DNA of 64,000 bases from a candidate division FCPU426 bacterium (GTDB lineage: Bacteria; Oederibacteriota; Muellerivitia; Muellerivitales; Muellerivitaceae): positions 96,001-160,000 of the forward strand of contig CAWKAR010000045.1 in the NCBI GenBank assembly GCA_963847625.1, given 5' to 3'. Below, in pieces: positions 10,042 to 19,578 of this stretch. Numbering within the stretch: position 1 is the first letter of the stretch; every line of letters begins with the position of its first letter. The position numbers and the translations under genes are program-made. The notes under the pieces are model-generated. The model did no database searches. It was not told the DNA's origin and was given only the letters and a program-made list of their open reading frames with translations.

Positions 10042-12345
10042 ATGGACCTGCAAGAAATCCTTAATTCCATGGTTAACAAAAAGGCCTCTGACGTCCATTT
10101 AAAAGCAGGCGCACCTCCACTTTTCCGCATTGACGGGGACCTATTCCCGCAAAGTGATGTCCCCCTTTCACCTCAGGAACTGGCCGAAGTCGCATCCTAT
10201 TTAATGGACGAGAAACAGCAAAAGTCTTTTTTTGAGGATCACCACGAAGTGGACCTGGCATATGCGGTGGAAGGTTTGGCCCGTTTCAGAACGAACGCCA
10301 TGTGGCAAAGGGGCCTGCCGGAGATCATCATGCGGGTTATTCCTCAGATTGTTCCCCGTATTGAAGACATCAACATGCCCACATCGGTTTTAAAACAGAT
10401 CGCCATGGAACCACGTGGAATGGTCCTAGTGACTGGTATCACCGGTTCCGGCAAATCAACCACCCTTGCGGCCATAATCCACGAAATCAACGTAAACCGA
10501 TCCACCCATATTGTCACCGTTGAAGACCCAATCGAATTTGTGCACCAGGACGTCAAATCCAGCCTGACCCAGAGGGAGGTGGGTTTAGACACGGAAAATT
10601 TTAAAACAGCATTAAAGTATGTATTGAGGCAGGATCCTGATGTCATTCTCATTGGCGAAATGCGGGACGTTGAAACGGTCCAAGCCGCTATAACGGCCGC
10701 TGAAACAGGTCACTTAGTGTTTTCGACTCTTCATACCATGGATACTATCCAGACTATCGAGAGAATTTTAGACTTTTTCCCTCCTGACCAGCAAAACCAG
10801 ATGCGAATCCAACTATCCAACACCCTCCGGGCAGTCATTTCGCAGCGCTTGGTCTCCAAGGCGGATGGAGCTGGAGTGGTCCCAGCCTGTGAAATCATGG
10901 TCGTGACACCCACCATCAAGTCCCTTATTGCCGATGATAAAATTAGCTCAATTCGCAGCTTCATTGCGGAAGGACACAGCCAGTACGGCATGCAAACTTT
11001 CGACCAATCTCTTATCGAACTTGTACGGAAGGGCTTTATCACCAAAGAAAGCGCCATGGAACAGGCCACCTCCCCCAGTGAAATCGATCTAGGCCTTAAG
11101 GGTATTTCCTCGTCAAAAGCTTCTGCACAGTCTCTCATTTCCCAAATGGAGAGTTCCCAGCAAAAGGAACGCGTTGGTGGTTGGCTTAAAAGGGCCCAAG
11201 AACTTTATGAAAAGCGACGCAATGATGAGGCGAAAGCTGAATTAAAGCGGATTCTTCAGGAGATTCCCGAACATAAGGAAGCCAATGCATTGATGGCTCG
11301 GCTTCGGGAAATGGAGGATAAAACCGACAAAAAAAAGGACGCGTCTTCCTCTGTCAAGTCAGCGCTCCAGCTTTACCGGGAGAGTAAATACCAAGCCGCC
11401 ATCTTGGAATTCCAGAAAGCCTTGGAAATCGACCCCGGCAACAAACAAGCCGAAGCTTATATCCGGTCCATTCAAACAGAAATGGATAATCGTGTCCGTG
11501 CCCGGGAGTTTGTACAGGCGGCCATGCAAAAACAACAGCAGAATGATCTTGGAACAGCTCTCAAACACTTGGAGCAAGCCCTTATTCTCGACCCGGAAAA
11601 TGAGCAAGCTCGGGTTCTCCAAAGAGACCTTAAAAACGCTATCCAGAAGGATCAGGCGAAAGAAAAAGCCAAAGAACAAAACCAAACCGCGATTGAACTT
11701 TATAAAGCAGGCGATTTGCTCGGGGCCTTGGTGGCTTGGAACAGGGCTTACGAGTTTAATTCTGAGCTTGAGGAAGTTTCCCGCTATTTGCAGCAAGGCA
11801 TCTCCAAACTACTTTCCTTCGGGGTTGAAGGATTGGAAGGGAACCCTGAAACACAAAATGTTCTTGCCCTCTTTGAGCAAGGTATCCGTAGTTATGTAAG
11901 GAGCGATTTCCAAACGGCTATAGAATTTTTTAAGAAGGCACTTGTCAAGGCCGATGGAAACGCTTATTTGAATGCGTATCTTGAAAAATCTCTACAGATG
12001 GAAGAACAGCAAGTTGAAGAGTTGTTTCGACAAGGTTGGAAAGCTCAAGAGGCGGGAGACTTGGCTGCCGCCCAGAAGGAGTACACAAAGGTTTTAAGAC
12101 TTTCACCTGGACATCCTGAAACAGTCAAACAATTAGCGATCCTCAAGGCTGCCATACAGCAAAAAACCGAAAAATTATACAACGATGGAAAAGTATATTT
12201 CGATCAAAATGACATGGATCGAGCTATTCGAATCTGGGAAAACATACTGAACTTGGATCCGACCAATGAACGGGCTCATAAGAAGATTGAAGAGGCGAAA
12301 ATTAAAAAAAGCACTCTGACTGGAATTTTTTCCAAGATCAGCTAG
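10042..12345 (+). CDS. pilT: PilT/PilU-family type IV pilus retraction ATPase fused to a ~400-aa C-terminal TPR array
   Basis: ASDVHLKAG, Walker A GITGSGKST, TVEDPIEF, LRQDPDVILIGEMRD, ETGHLVFSTLH, GMQTFDQSL, then repeated TPRs. Start moved to ATG 10042 behind AGGAG. Confidence 0.9.
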   Translation: MDLQEILNSMVNKKASDVHLKAGAPPLFRIDGDLFPQSDVPLSPQELAEVASYLMDEKQQKSFFEDHHEVDLAYAVEGLARFRTNAMWQRGLPEIIMRVIPQIVPRIEDINMPTSVLKQIAMEPRGMVLVTGITGSGKSTTLAAIIHEINVNRSTHIVTVEDPIEFVHQDVKSSLTQREVGLDTENFKTALKYVLRQDPDVILIGEMRDVETVQAAITAAETGHLVFSTLHTMDTIQTIERILDFFPPDQQNQMRIQLSNTLRAVISQRLVSKADGAGVVPACEIMVVTPTIKSLIADDKISSIRSFIAEGHSQYGMQTFDQSLIELVRKGFITKESAMEQATSPSEIDLGLKGISSSKASAQSLISQMESSQQKERVGGWLKRAQELYEKRRNDEAKAELKRILQEIPEHKEANALMARLREMEDKTDKKKDASSSVKSALQLYRESKYQAAILEFQKALEIDPGNKQAEAYIRSIQTEMDNRVRAREFVQAAMQKQQQNDLGTALKHLEQALILDPENEQARVLQRDLKNAIQKDQAKEKAKEQNQTAIELYKAGDLLGALVAWNRAYEFNSELEEVSRYLQQGISKLLSFGVEGLEGNPETQNVLALFEQGIRSYVRSDFQTAIEFFKKALVKADGNAYLNAYLEKSLQMEEQQVEELFRQGWKAQEAGDLAAAQKEYTKVLRLSPGHPETVKQLAILKAAIQQKTEKLYNDGKVYFDQNDMDRAIRIWENILNLDPTNERAHKKIEEAKIKKSTLTGIFSKIS

Positions 12346-12465
12346 GATGGTATTAATAGGAAGTGCTTTATTTCACTGCTTAGAAACTTCTTGTCTTCTT
12401 CACTAATAAAAGAAGACAAATGTGCAAATGAAATTGATTAATAATTTTTAAGGACGGGTGTTGGA

Positions 12466-12864
12466 ATGAAAAAATTGGTCATTGCGATTTTGGTTTTGAT
12501 AGTCTTGTTTTTCCTGGCGTTGAACACTTCCATGATGGCTGATCAAGCTTTGAAATGGGTTAAAGAAAATCCTAAGGATCCCCACGCGCCAAAGGTTCTT
12601 TATGACGCGGCACGCTGGTGCGATATATTGGGTGATAATAAAAAAGCCTTGGAAGTTTATTGGGACCTTTATCAACAATATCCTGAAAACTCAGCTTTGT
12701 CCGCAGCAGCTTTATATTACAGCGCCCAAATTGAAGTGGATACGAGCGTTTCAAAACGTCTAGCGGATCCGTTCTTGGCAATCATTTTTAACCAGTATTC
12801 TGGTGAAAGTGATTGGGTGGGAAAGGCCCGAAAGTTACAGGATGAGGTGAATTATGTTCGTTAA
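12466..12864 (+). CDS. Small exported or membrane-anchored TPR-like protein
   Basis: MKK plus hydrophobic N-terminus; TPR-like pattern (APKVLYDAA...KALEVYWDLYQQYPENS...AALY). Confidence 0.6.
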   Translation: MKKLVIAILVLIVLFFLALNTSMMADQALKWVKENPKDPHAPKVLYDAARWCDILGDNKKALEVYWDLYQQYPENSALSAAALYYSAQIEVDTSVSKRLADPFLAIIFNQYSGESDWVGKARKLQDEVNYVR

Positions 12865-13831
12865 ATACGATCGCTGGCTTGTTTTCTACTTTATAGGTTT
12901 GATTACCTTAAGTTGGGGTTCATGTGGTTTTGCTAAGACTATTGAGGTGGAAGAAGATTCTGAAAGCTTGTCGGCATCACCCACCCCTGTCGCTGTCTCG
13001 CCTGCACAAAAAACTCAAAAAACAACGGCCAAATCAATTACAACTAAAACCAAACCGGTTTTAAATAATAATGACACTTTAGAAGCTTCACCATCTGGTT
13101 CTCTGACTGCGCGGGTCCGGGCCGGAGATAATATCAGCTTTTATTATTTTACCAAGGCTGGCTTCGTGGCCAACCAACCTTCTCAAATTCCTTCCATTGG
13201 AAAGATCGTGGGTGATCTCAGCGAAAACGAAACATCGGGTTCTGGGGATATAAGTTACAGCATGGCGAAAAAACCCTACGTTGAAATTTCCTCCAAAGTG
13301 GAATTGAAAAAAGGTGATTTGCTGGTTGTATATCAGTTTGGCCCTGACAAATTAAACGAACCCAGATCGAATTTTACGGGTTTTTTGGTTGAAAATAATG
13401 CAATCGTCAAAGTGAGTAGTGCCCAAAAAAAATATTGCGAAATCGAAATCGTGAAGTCCTTCACTCCTTTTCATGCCGGAGACCATGTTAAATATTACAG
13501 TGATGAGTTGCAAAGATGGAGAAAGGCTCAAACAAAAAAATCTATGCCTAACAAAGAAGTGCGGTGTTTTGTCGCGGGGGGTGATCCGCAAAAAAGCGGT
13601 TATTCTCAAACCGATTTCATTGTGTTGACGGCCGGTTCCAATAACGGTGTTGTTGAAGGCCAAACCTTTCAAATATGCCAACCCGTGAGGAACTCTGGAA
13701 TAAGCGATGAGCTTCATGTCCCCAGGGGTATGGCCCGCGTTTTTTATGCCGGACCAAATTATTCGATGGCCCAAATCCTTTCTAGCCATGAAGCCATCCA
13801 AAAGGGGTTTGAGGCGATTTACCGGCCTTAG
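12854..13831 (+). CDS. Exported protein resembling the C-terminal part of TsaP/LysM-domain proteins (FlgT_C-like), no LysM visible
   Basis: Signal-like N-terminus, low-complexity linker, KAGFV...GKIVG, LKKGDLLVVY, DFIVLTAGSNNGVVEGQTFQI, GMARV...SMAQILSSHEAIQKG. Confidence 0.5.
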   Translation: MFVKYDRWLVFYFIGLITLSWGSCGFAKTIEVEEDSESLSASPTPVAVSPAQKTQKTTAKSITTKTKPVLNNNDTLEASPSGSLTARVRAGDNISFYYFTKAGFVANQPSQIPSIGKIVGDLSENETSGSGDISYSMAKKPYVEISSKVELKKGDLLVVYQFGPDKLNEPRSNFTGFLVENNAIVKVSSAQKKYCEIEIVKSFTPFHAGDHVKYYSDELQRWRKAQTKKSMPNKEVRCFVAGGDPQKSGYSQTDFIVLTAGSNNGVVEGQTFQICQPVRNSGISDELHVPRGMARVFYAGPNYSMAQILSSHEAIQKGFEAIYRP

Positions 13832-13853
13832 GTTGGATCGGGCTAGGCCCAGC

Positions 13854-14690
13854 ATGGATTCTCCCAAACGTACAATGATCGAAGAAGAGCCGTATTTTAG
13901 AAAAATTCTTGAACATATCCTGAATGAAAAAGGTTTTGACGGAAATCAGTATAAATTAAATTACATAAAAAGAAGGTTGGCAGTCCGTATGCGGGCGACT
14001 GGGTCCCGCACATATATGGAATATCTCCGGGTCTTGCATAAAAATCTCAATGAAGTTTCTTTGCTTTTTGATCGTTTAACCATCCACGTAACAGATTTTT
14101 TTAGGGATGCCGATGTTTACCAGTCCTTGAAGGTTCGGGTTCTGCCGGAAATCATCAGAAGCCCAGAAACCCATCTGAAAGTTTGGTGCGCTGGATGCAG
14201 TACGGGCCAAGAACCTTATTCAGTCGCCATCACATTGAAAGAAAGCACTTTGGAAAATGAAGAATTCGATTTTGGAATTATTGCCACGGATATTGACGAA
14301 TCTAGCATCCGCGCAGCAGAACGCGGAGTTTATCCCAAAGTTTCTCTAAATAAACTTACCAAAAGCCAAATCCTAAAATGGTTTTCGGTTGAAGAAGAAC
14401 AAGTTCGGGTTTCGGAAGAACTCCGGAAACACATAAGATTTAAAACCCATGATTTACTTGGCCGATGGAACACGGAACTTTCCGGCTTTCAACTTATCCT
14501 GTGCCGGAATCTTTTTATTTACCTCACTTCCACTCAACAACAAAAGCTTTACGAAAGGTTTAGCCGAGCATTGAAACCCTGTGGTTATTTAGTTCTTGGC
14601 TTAACTGAAACTTTGATGGGTAAAGCTCGGGATTTATTCCATTGCGTGGACGTTCGGAACCGCATTTATCAAGCATACGGTCAGGACTAG
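13854..14690 (+). CDS. cheR: Chemotaxis protein methyltransferase CheR
   Basis: LTIHVTDFFRD, KVWCAGCSTGQEPYS, ATDID, ILCRNLFIY, GYLVLGLTETL. Start moved to ATG 13854, after the upstream stop. Confidence 0.93.
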   Translation: MDSPKRTMIEEEPYFRKILEHILNEKGFDGNQYKLNYIKRRLAVRMRATGSRTYMEYLRVLHKNLNEVSLLFDRLTIHVTDFFRDADVYQSLKVRVLPEIIRSPETHLKVWCAGCSTGQEPYSVAITLKESTLENEEFDFGIIATDIDESSIRAAERGVYPKVSLNKLTKSQILKWFSVEEEQVRVSEELRKHIRFKTHDLLGRWNTELSGFQLILCRNLFIYLTSTQQQKLYERFSRALKPCGYLVLGLTETLMGKARDLFHCVDVRNRIYQAYGQD

Positions 14691-14722
14691 TTTAAAAATA
14701 GTTTTACCGAGGTTTATGGGTA

Positions 14723-15904
14723 ATGGACAAGGCTCAAGACCATATCAATTTGGGAACCGCTTTTACCCTCTCCAAACGCTACGAAGACGCGATTGTGGAG
14801 TTTAAAAAGGCTCTTGCCTTAAGTCCTTCAGACGGTGAAATCCTTTTTCAACTCGGTGGACTTTGTACTAATGTCGGGAATTACGAAGAAGCGGAAGGGT
14901 TTTACCGCAACGCACTTGGGATTAATCCCATGAACTTGAACGCACATTGCAAGTTGGGGTTATTGTTGGAAGTCCAAGGCAAGTATCAGGAGTCTATTCT
15001 TGAATTCCAAAAGGCTACTGAACTGAATCCCACGGATGCAGGCCTTTATAATAACTTGGGAAATGTTTATTCCAAAATGGGAAAATACCAGGACTCTATT
15101 GAACAGTTTAAGAAATATATCAGTATCAATCCGAGCAATGCGGAAATATTTTTCAAAATGGGTTTTTCCTTTGAACAATTGGCAAGACTTGATGAAACCA
15201 TTAATTCCTATGAGAAGGCTCTGGTTCTCAACCCCCGCCACGCGGCTGTTTATTCCATCCTCGGAAATGCCTACGCAAAAAAAGGGGATTATCAGGAAGC
15301 CATTTCCCTTTATCAACAGGCCCTTCGCCTAAACCCTCATGAGCCGGAAGTCCATTTAAAACTAGGTATAGCCTTTATGTCCCTCGGTCAATACGATAAG
15401 GCCCTTGAGGTTTTGGAGGAAGCTCGTCAAAAGAATCCTAAAAATGCTGAAGTCTATTTGAAATTCGGAATGATTTACGCCGGTCGAGGTCAACATGAGG
15501 AAGCTATCCAAATGTATCGCAAAGTCATGGAAATTAACCCGCATGATGCAAGTGTTCATAACGTATTGGGGTATATTTACGACCGTCAAGGAGAAGCAGA
15601 GAAGGCCATGGAAGAATACCGCGCGGCCAAACTCATTAACCCAAACGATATTTCGATTTTGGACAATCTAGGCAACTTAAATTACAAGCAAGGATATTTT
15701 GACGAGGCTGCCCAGGATTTCGAGAACCTCGTGCGTCTCAATCCTTCTCACAGCGATGCTCACGCCAAATTGGGAAATGTCTATTTAAAAAAAGGCGAAA
15801 AAGATAAAGCCATTACACATTGGGAAAGGGCCCTGGAATTGGATCCTTCCAACGAAATCTTGAAGAATAATCTGAGGATTGTGAAGGGGAGCCCCGCTTC
15901 ATGA
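14723..15904 (+). CDS. Cytoplasmic all-TPR protein (~11 repeats)
   Basis: Continuous 34-aa TPR periodicity (e.g. YNNLGNVYSKMGKYQDSIEQFKKYISINP); no signal peptide. Confidence 0.9.
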   Translation: MDKAQDHINLGTAFTLSKRYEDAIVEFKKALALSPSDGEILFQLGGLCTNVGNYEEAEGFYRNALGINPMNLNAHCKLGLLLEVQGKYQESILEFQKATELNPTDAGLYNNLGNVYSKMGKYQDSIEQFKKYISINPSNAEIFFKMGFSFEQLARLDETINSYEKALVLNPRHAAVYSILGNAYAKKGDYQEAISLYQQALRLNPHEPEVHLKLGIAFMSLGQYDKALEVLEEARQKNPKNAEVYLKFGMIYAGRGQHEEAIQMYRKVMEINPHDASVHNVLGYIYDRQGEAEKAMEEYRAAKLINPNDISILDNLGNLNYKQGYFDEAAQDFENLVRLNPSHSDAHAKLGNVYLKKGEKDKAITHWERALELDPSNEILKNNLRIVKGSPAS

Positions 15905-16539
15905 TGAAAACTCAAGAGAAATCACTTGGCGAATTACTGCGCCAAGCTGGGAAAATCACTTCCCGGCAAATTCAAGTAGCACTGGCTGAACAACGAAAAA
16001 CACATGAACCCATCGGAAAAATCCTAGTGGCGCTAGGATTTGTCGAAGATAGGGATATTTTGCAGGTTATGGAAGGCATGGTGGTATTAACATTCCGGAT
16101 TGAAAAAGAGCTTTATGGCATAGAAACTTTTCGGACGAGAGAGGTATTGAAATTTACACCTTTAAAATCCATTACCCAATCCACGCGAAATTGGGAAGGA
16201 ATTTTTTTGCTTCGCGGTGAGGAAATTCCCGTGTTGTCCTTCCGGAAATACCTTGGCCTTCCGGCAGTTTCCTGCCCCAATCAGAGTTGGTTTGTCGTTC
16301 TTGAAAAAAAAGGAAAGTCTTTCGCCCTTTGGGTTGATCAAGTAAAAGAGGTCACCCGCTTCAAGATTGAACAAATAGAACCTGTCCCACCATATCTTTT
16401 TGGAAAAAAATCCGATTTATATTATTGTTTAGGTAAAATAAAAGATGAGCTTTATTCGATTATCAATCCCGATAAAATAATGGAGGATAGCATCCAAATG
16501 CAACAATCCTCTGAGGATGACCATGTCAGCCCGACCTGA
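15901..16539 (+). CDS. MshEN-like N-terminal domain fused to a CheW-like domain
   Basis: SLGELLRQAGKITSRQIQVALAEQRKTHEPIGKILVALGFV matches the tandem MshEN pattern. The remainder (TFRIEKELYGI...EGIFLLRGEEIPVL...ALWVDQVKEV...IINPDKI) is CheW-like. Confidence 0.8.
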   Translation: MMKTQEKSLGELLRQAGKITSRQIQVALAEQRKTHEPIGKILVALGFVEDRDILQVMEGMVVLTFRIEKELYGIETFRTREVLKFTPLKSITQSTRNWEGIFLLRGEEIPVLSFRKYLGLPAVSCPNQSWFVVLEKKGKSFALWVDQVKEVTRFKIEQIEPVPPYLFGKKSDLYYCLGKIKDELYSIINPDKIMEDSIQMQQSSEDDHVSPT

Positions 16540-18733
16540 AACCAAAACCATTCGCGAATTAGCCCATGGAAGTGACCAAGGGGATGCATCTACCCATAAC
16601 AATCTTGGTGTTTTTTATTATTCAAAGGGTATGTATGCAGAAGCCATTAAAGAGTTCAAGACTGCGCTGGAAGTTGACCCGGAAAACATCCAGTCCTTGG
16701 AAAACCTCAAGGCTGTCAACCGCCACACCGGCCTCTACGACCGATCCATTGAAGCCTACAAAAAATCCGTCCAAATGTTCCCCTCGGATCCCGAGGCCTG
16801 TTATAACCTCGCCAATTCCTACCGATATACAGGGCAATATGAAAAGGCTGTGGCCGAATATCAAAAAACCATCGTCTTAAATCCCGAACACCCCTTTGCA
16901 CGAAACTACCTTGGTATAACCTATAAGTGCATGGGGCAATTAGAGGATGCCATAAAGGAATTTAAGAAGGCCATCGAGGATAATCCCTATTTTGCTGACC
17001 TTCACAACAATTTGGGCGAAGTCTATTACAAAAAAGCCATGCTCAATGAAGCCCTCGTTGAGTTCAAAAAAGCTATTTCACTCAATCCCGATTATGCCAT
17101 TGCCCATTACAACCTGAGTTTCGTTTACGGCGACAAGAATATGATGGACGAAGCCGAAAGAGAGTTTAAAAAAGCTGTCGATTTGAATCCGAATTACGGG
17201 CAGGGGGCTCAGACACTTTTATCGATAGAACGATCAAAAAGCATGGAGGAAAAAGTCGCCGAAAAGATAGCTTCCCAGCCTCCTACCTCTGCTGTGGAAA
17301 CATACTTGAGCCTTGCCTCCGCTTATCGGGGGAAAGGACTTCTCGATGAGGCGATCCGGGAGTACAAAAGAGCCCTTGAAGTTATACCTAATGAAGAAAA
17401 ATCATATCGATCTTTGGGAGAAATCTATCTCCAGAAGGGAATGATGGAAGATGCTTTGATGTCCTTCCAAAAGGCCATCGATATTTCCCCTGGCAATATC
17501 GAAAATTACATTCAACGCGGCATCGCTCTTCGAGAGTTGAATCGGGTTGATGCGTCGGTCGATGAATTCCTAAAAGCCATTGATCTTTCACCTGATTCCA
17601 GCATGGCTCATTTTGAACTCGGAGTGACATACTTTAAAATGGGTGAAAGTGATAAAGCCACGCGAGAAGTCCGGCGCGCCTTGGAAATTGATCCGGAGAA
17701 CGCCGAAGCACATTATTACCTTGGCGTTTATTACTACAAAGTCAATCTTTATGACGAAGCCATCCGTGAAATCACTCAAGCAGTTGAACTGGATGTTTCC
17801 ATCGCCTCAAGTGCGGAAGCTCTGATATATTTAGGTTTGGCTCTTGCCGATAAGGGCCGATTTGAAGAAGCAATCGCCGAGTACAAGAAGGCGATGGAAT
17901 TGGATTCAAAAAATCCCATCATACATAACAGTTTGGGAGTGGCTTATAAAAACGCTGGTATGATCGAAGAAGCTATCCAACATTATCAGAAAGCTATCTC
18001 TCTAAATCCCCAATATGCTAAGGCTTATAACAATCTAGGTGTAGTTTATTTCAAGATGAGCCAGTATGAAAAAGCAATCGAAACGTTCAAAAAAGCTGTT
18101 GAAATCGAGCCGGAATACAAAACCGCACAAAACAATCTTTCGGTGGCTATGAAAAAAAGAAGTGTTCTTTCCGAAGCGTCAGAAGTCTTGATTAAGCAGA
18201 TCATGGCTGATCCGGAAAATTACTCCTTGCACCAAAACCTTGGGATACTTTATAAAAACACAGGACAGTTTTCCGAAGCCGTTCGCGAGTTCCAAGAGAC
18301 CATTCACTTAAGTCCGAAAAACCGGGAAGCCCTTACACAACTAGGCGAAACCCACCTCCAACTCGGGCAGTTGGACGAGGCGGTCAAAATTCTCGCCAGA
18401 GCGATTTCCTGCGATCCGGCGCATCCGGACGCACATTTGCAATTGGGAAAGGTTTATATCCAACGACAGTGGTGGGACGAGGCACTTGTGGAATTGAAGA
18501 AAAGCCTTGAAGGTAATACGGGTATGGCGGAAGTCTATTACTATCTCGGCCAAGTCTACCGCTTTAAGGGCTGGTGGGATGACGCCATTCAAAAATTCCA
18601 GATGTACCTAGATTCATCCAATACTGAAGAAGACAAGGTCATCCAATCCATTGATATAATCCAACAAATCCAAGTTTGGAGAAAAGAACTACAAGTTTCT
18701 CCAAGCGGGGATAAGTCAAAATATATAAAATAG
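16517..18733 (+). CDS. Large cytoplasmic all-TPR protein
   Basis: TPR repeats over nearly all 738 aa (HNNLGVFYYSKGMYAEAIKEFKTALEVDP etc.). Confidence 0.9.
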   Translation: MTMSARPETKTIRELAHGSDQGDASTHNNLGVFYYSKGMYAEAIKEFKTALEVDPENIQSLENLKAVNRHTGLYDRSIEAYKKSVQMFPSDPEACYNLANSYRYTGQYEKAVAEYQKTIVLNPEHPFARNYLGITYKCMGQLEDAIKEFKKAIEDNPYFADLHNNLGEVYYKKAMLNEALVEFKKAISLNPDYAIAHYNLSFVYGDKNMMDEAEREFKKAVDLNPNYGQGAQTLLSIERSKSMEEKVAEKIASQPPTSAVETYLSLASAYRGKGLLDEAIREYKRALEVIPNEEKSYRSLGEIYLQKGMMEDALMSFQKAIDISPGNIENYIQRGIALRELNRVDASVDEFLKAIDLSPDSSMAHFELGVTYFKMGESDKATREVRRALEIDPENAEAHYYLGVYYYKVNLYDEAIREITQAVELDVSIASSAEALIYLGLALADKGRFEEAIAEYKKAMELDSKNPIIHNSLGVAYKNAGMIEEAIQHYQKAISLNPQYAKAYNNLGVVYFKMSQYEKAIETFKKAVEIEPEYKTAQNNLSVAMKKRSVLSEASEVLIKQIMADPENYSLHQNLGILYKNTGQFSEAVREFQETIHLSPKNREALTQLGETHLQLGQLDEAVKILARAISCDPAHPDAHLQLGKVYIQRQWWDEALVELKKSLEGNTGMAEVYYYLGQVYRFKGWWDDAIQKFQMYLDSSNTEEDKVIQSIDIIQQIQVWRKELQVSPSGDKSKYIK

Positions 18734-18739
18734 GTAAAA

Positions 18740-19078
18740 ATGAAACTACTTCTTTGTGTCATTTCGCCGAAAAAAATCGAACAGGTAAAAAAGGCCCTAT
18801 GGGAAGCGGGCGTGAGAGGTGTTACTCTATCAGAAGGATCGGGTTACGGTTATCAAAAGGTCCAAGTAGATTCGGTTCGCGGAACTGATTACAAGGTACA
18901 ATATCAAGACCGCATCCGTTTGGAAATTGTTTTACCGGATGACGAAGTGGAAGCGGTCATTGACTTGCTGTTGGATAACATCCGGACTGGAAGAATCGGG
19001 GACGGGAAGTTATTTGTTCTTCCGGTTGAGGAGGTTATCCGCGTTCGGACTGGCGAGAGGGGAGAAAGTGGATTATAA
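18740..19078 (+). CDS. PII-family (GlnB/GlnK-like) signal transduction protein with variant ligand-site residues
   Basis: 112 aa. B-loop RTGRIGDGKLFV, C-loop RVRTGERG, T-loop RGTDY with Tyr at position 51. Confidence 0.92.
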   Translation: MKLLLCVISPKKIEQVKKALWEAGVRGVTLSEGSGYGYQKVQVDSVRGTDYKVQYQDRIRLEIVLPDDEVEAVIDLLLDNIRTGRIGDGKLFVLPVEEVIRVRTGERGESGL

Positions 19079-19167
19079 AACCGTATTCCTTTGTTGAAAT
19101 ACGGAATTATTAAAGGTTTTGTCTTTCGTGTAATTCGGAATGGAAATTTCCGTTGAAGGAGGGTGTG

Positions 19168-19530
19168 GTGGCCCATCGTGTTTTAATCGTCGACGACGCT
19201 TCGTTTATGCGGATGATGTTAAAAAACATTTTAGTGGGTGCAGGCTATGAGGTGGCAGGAGAAGCTGAAAACGGATCAAAGGCAATTGAACAGTTCATGG
19301 CCCTAAAACCTGATCTGACCATTATGGATATCATTATGCCTGAAATGGGTGGTATTGATGCCGTGCGAGAAATTATCAAAAACGTGCCAAACGCGAAAAT
19401 TCTGATTTGCAGTTCTATGGGCCAGCAGTCACTGGTCGTAGAAGCCATACAAGCCGGCGCGAAAGATTATATCGTAAAACCGTTCCAACCATCCAATGTG
19501 CTGGAAGCGGTAAAAAAGGCCTTGGCGTGA
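19168..19530 (+). CDS. cheY: Response regulator CheY (copy 1)
   Basis: VLIVDDASFMRMMLK, MDIIMPEMGG, AGAKDYIVKPF. GTG start at 19168 behind GAAGGAGG. Confidence 0.92.
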   Translation: MAHRVLIVDDASFMRMMLKNILVGAGYEVAGEAENGSKAIEQFMALKPDLTIMDIIMPEMGGIDAVREIIKNVPNAKILICSSMGQQSLVVEAIQAGAKDYIVKPFQPSNVLEAVKKALA

Positions 19531-19578
19531 TGACTGGTCTTTTGATCCTTTCCGGATGGAGATTTTTGGTATGAAGGG

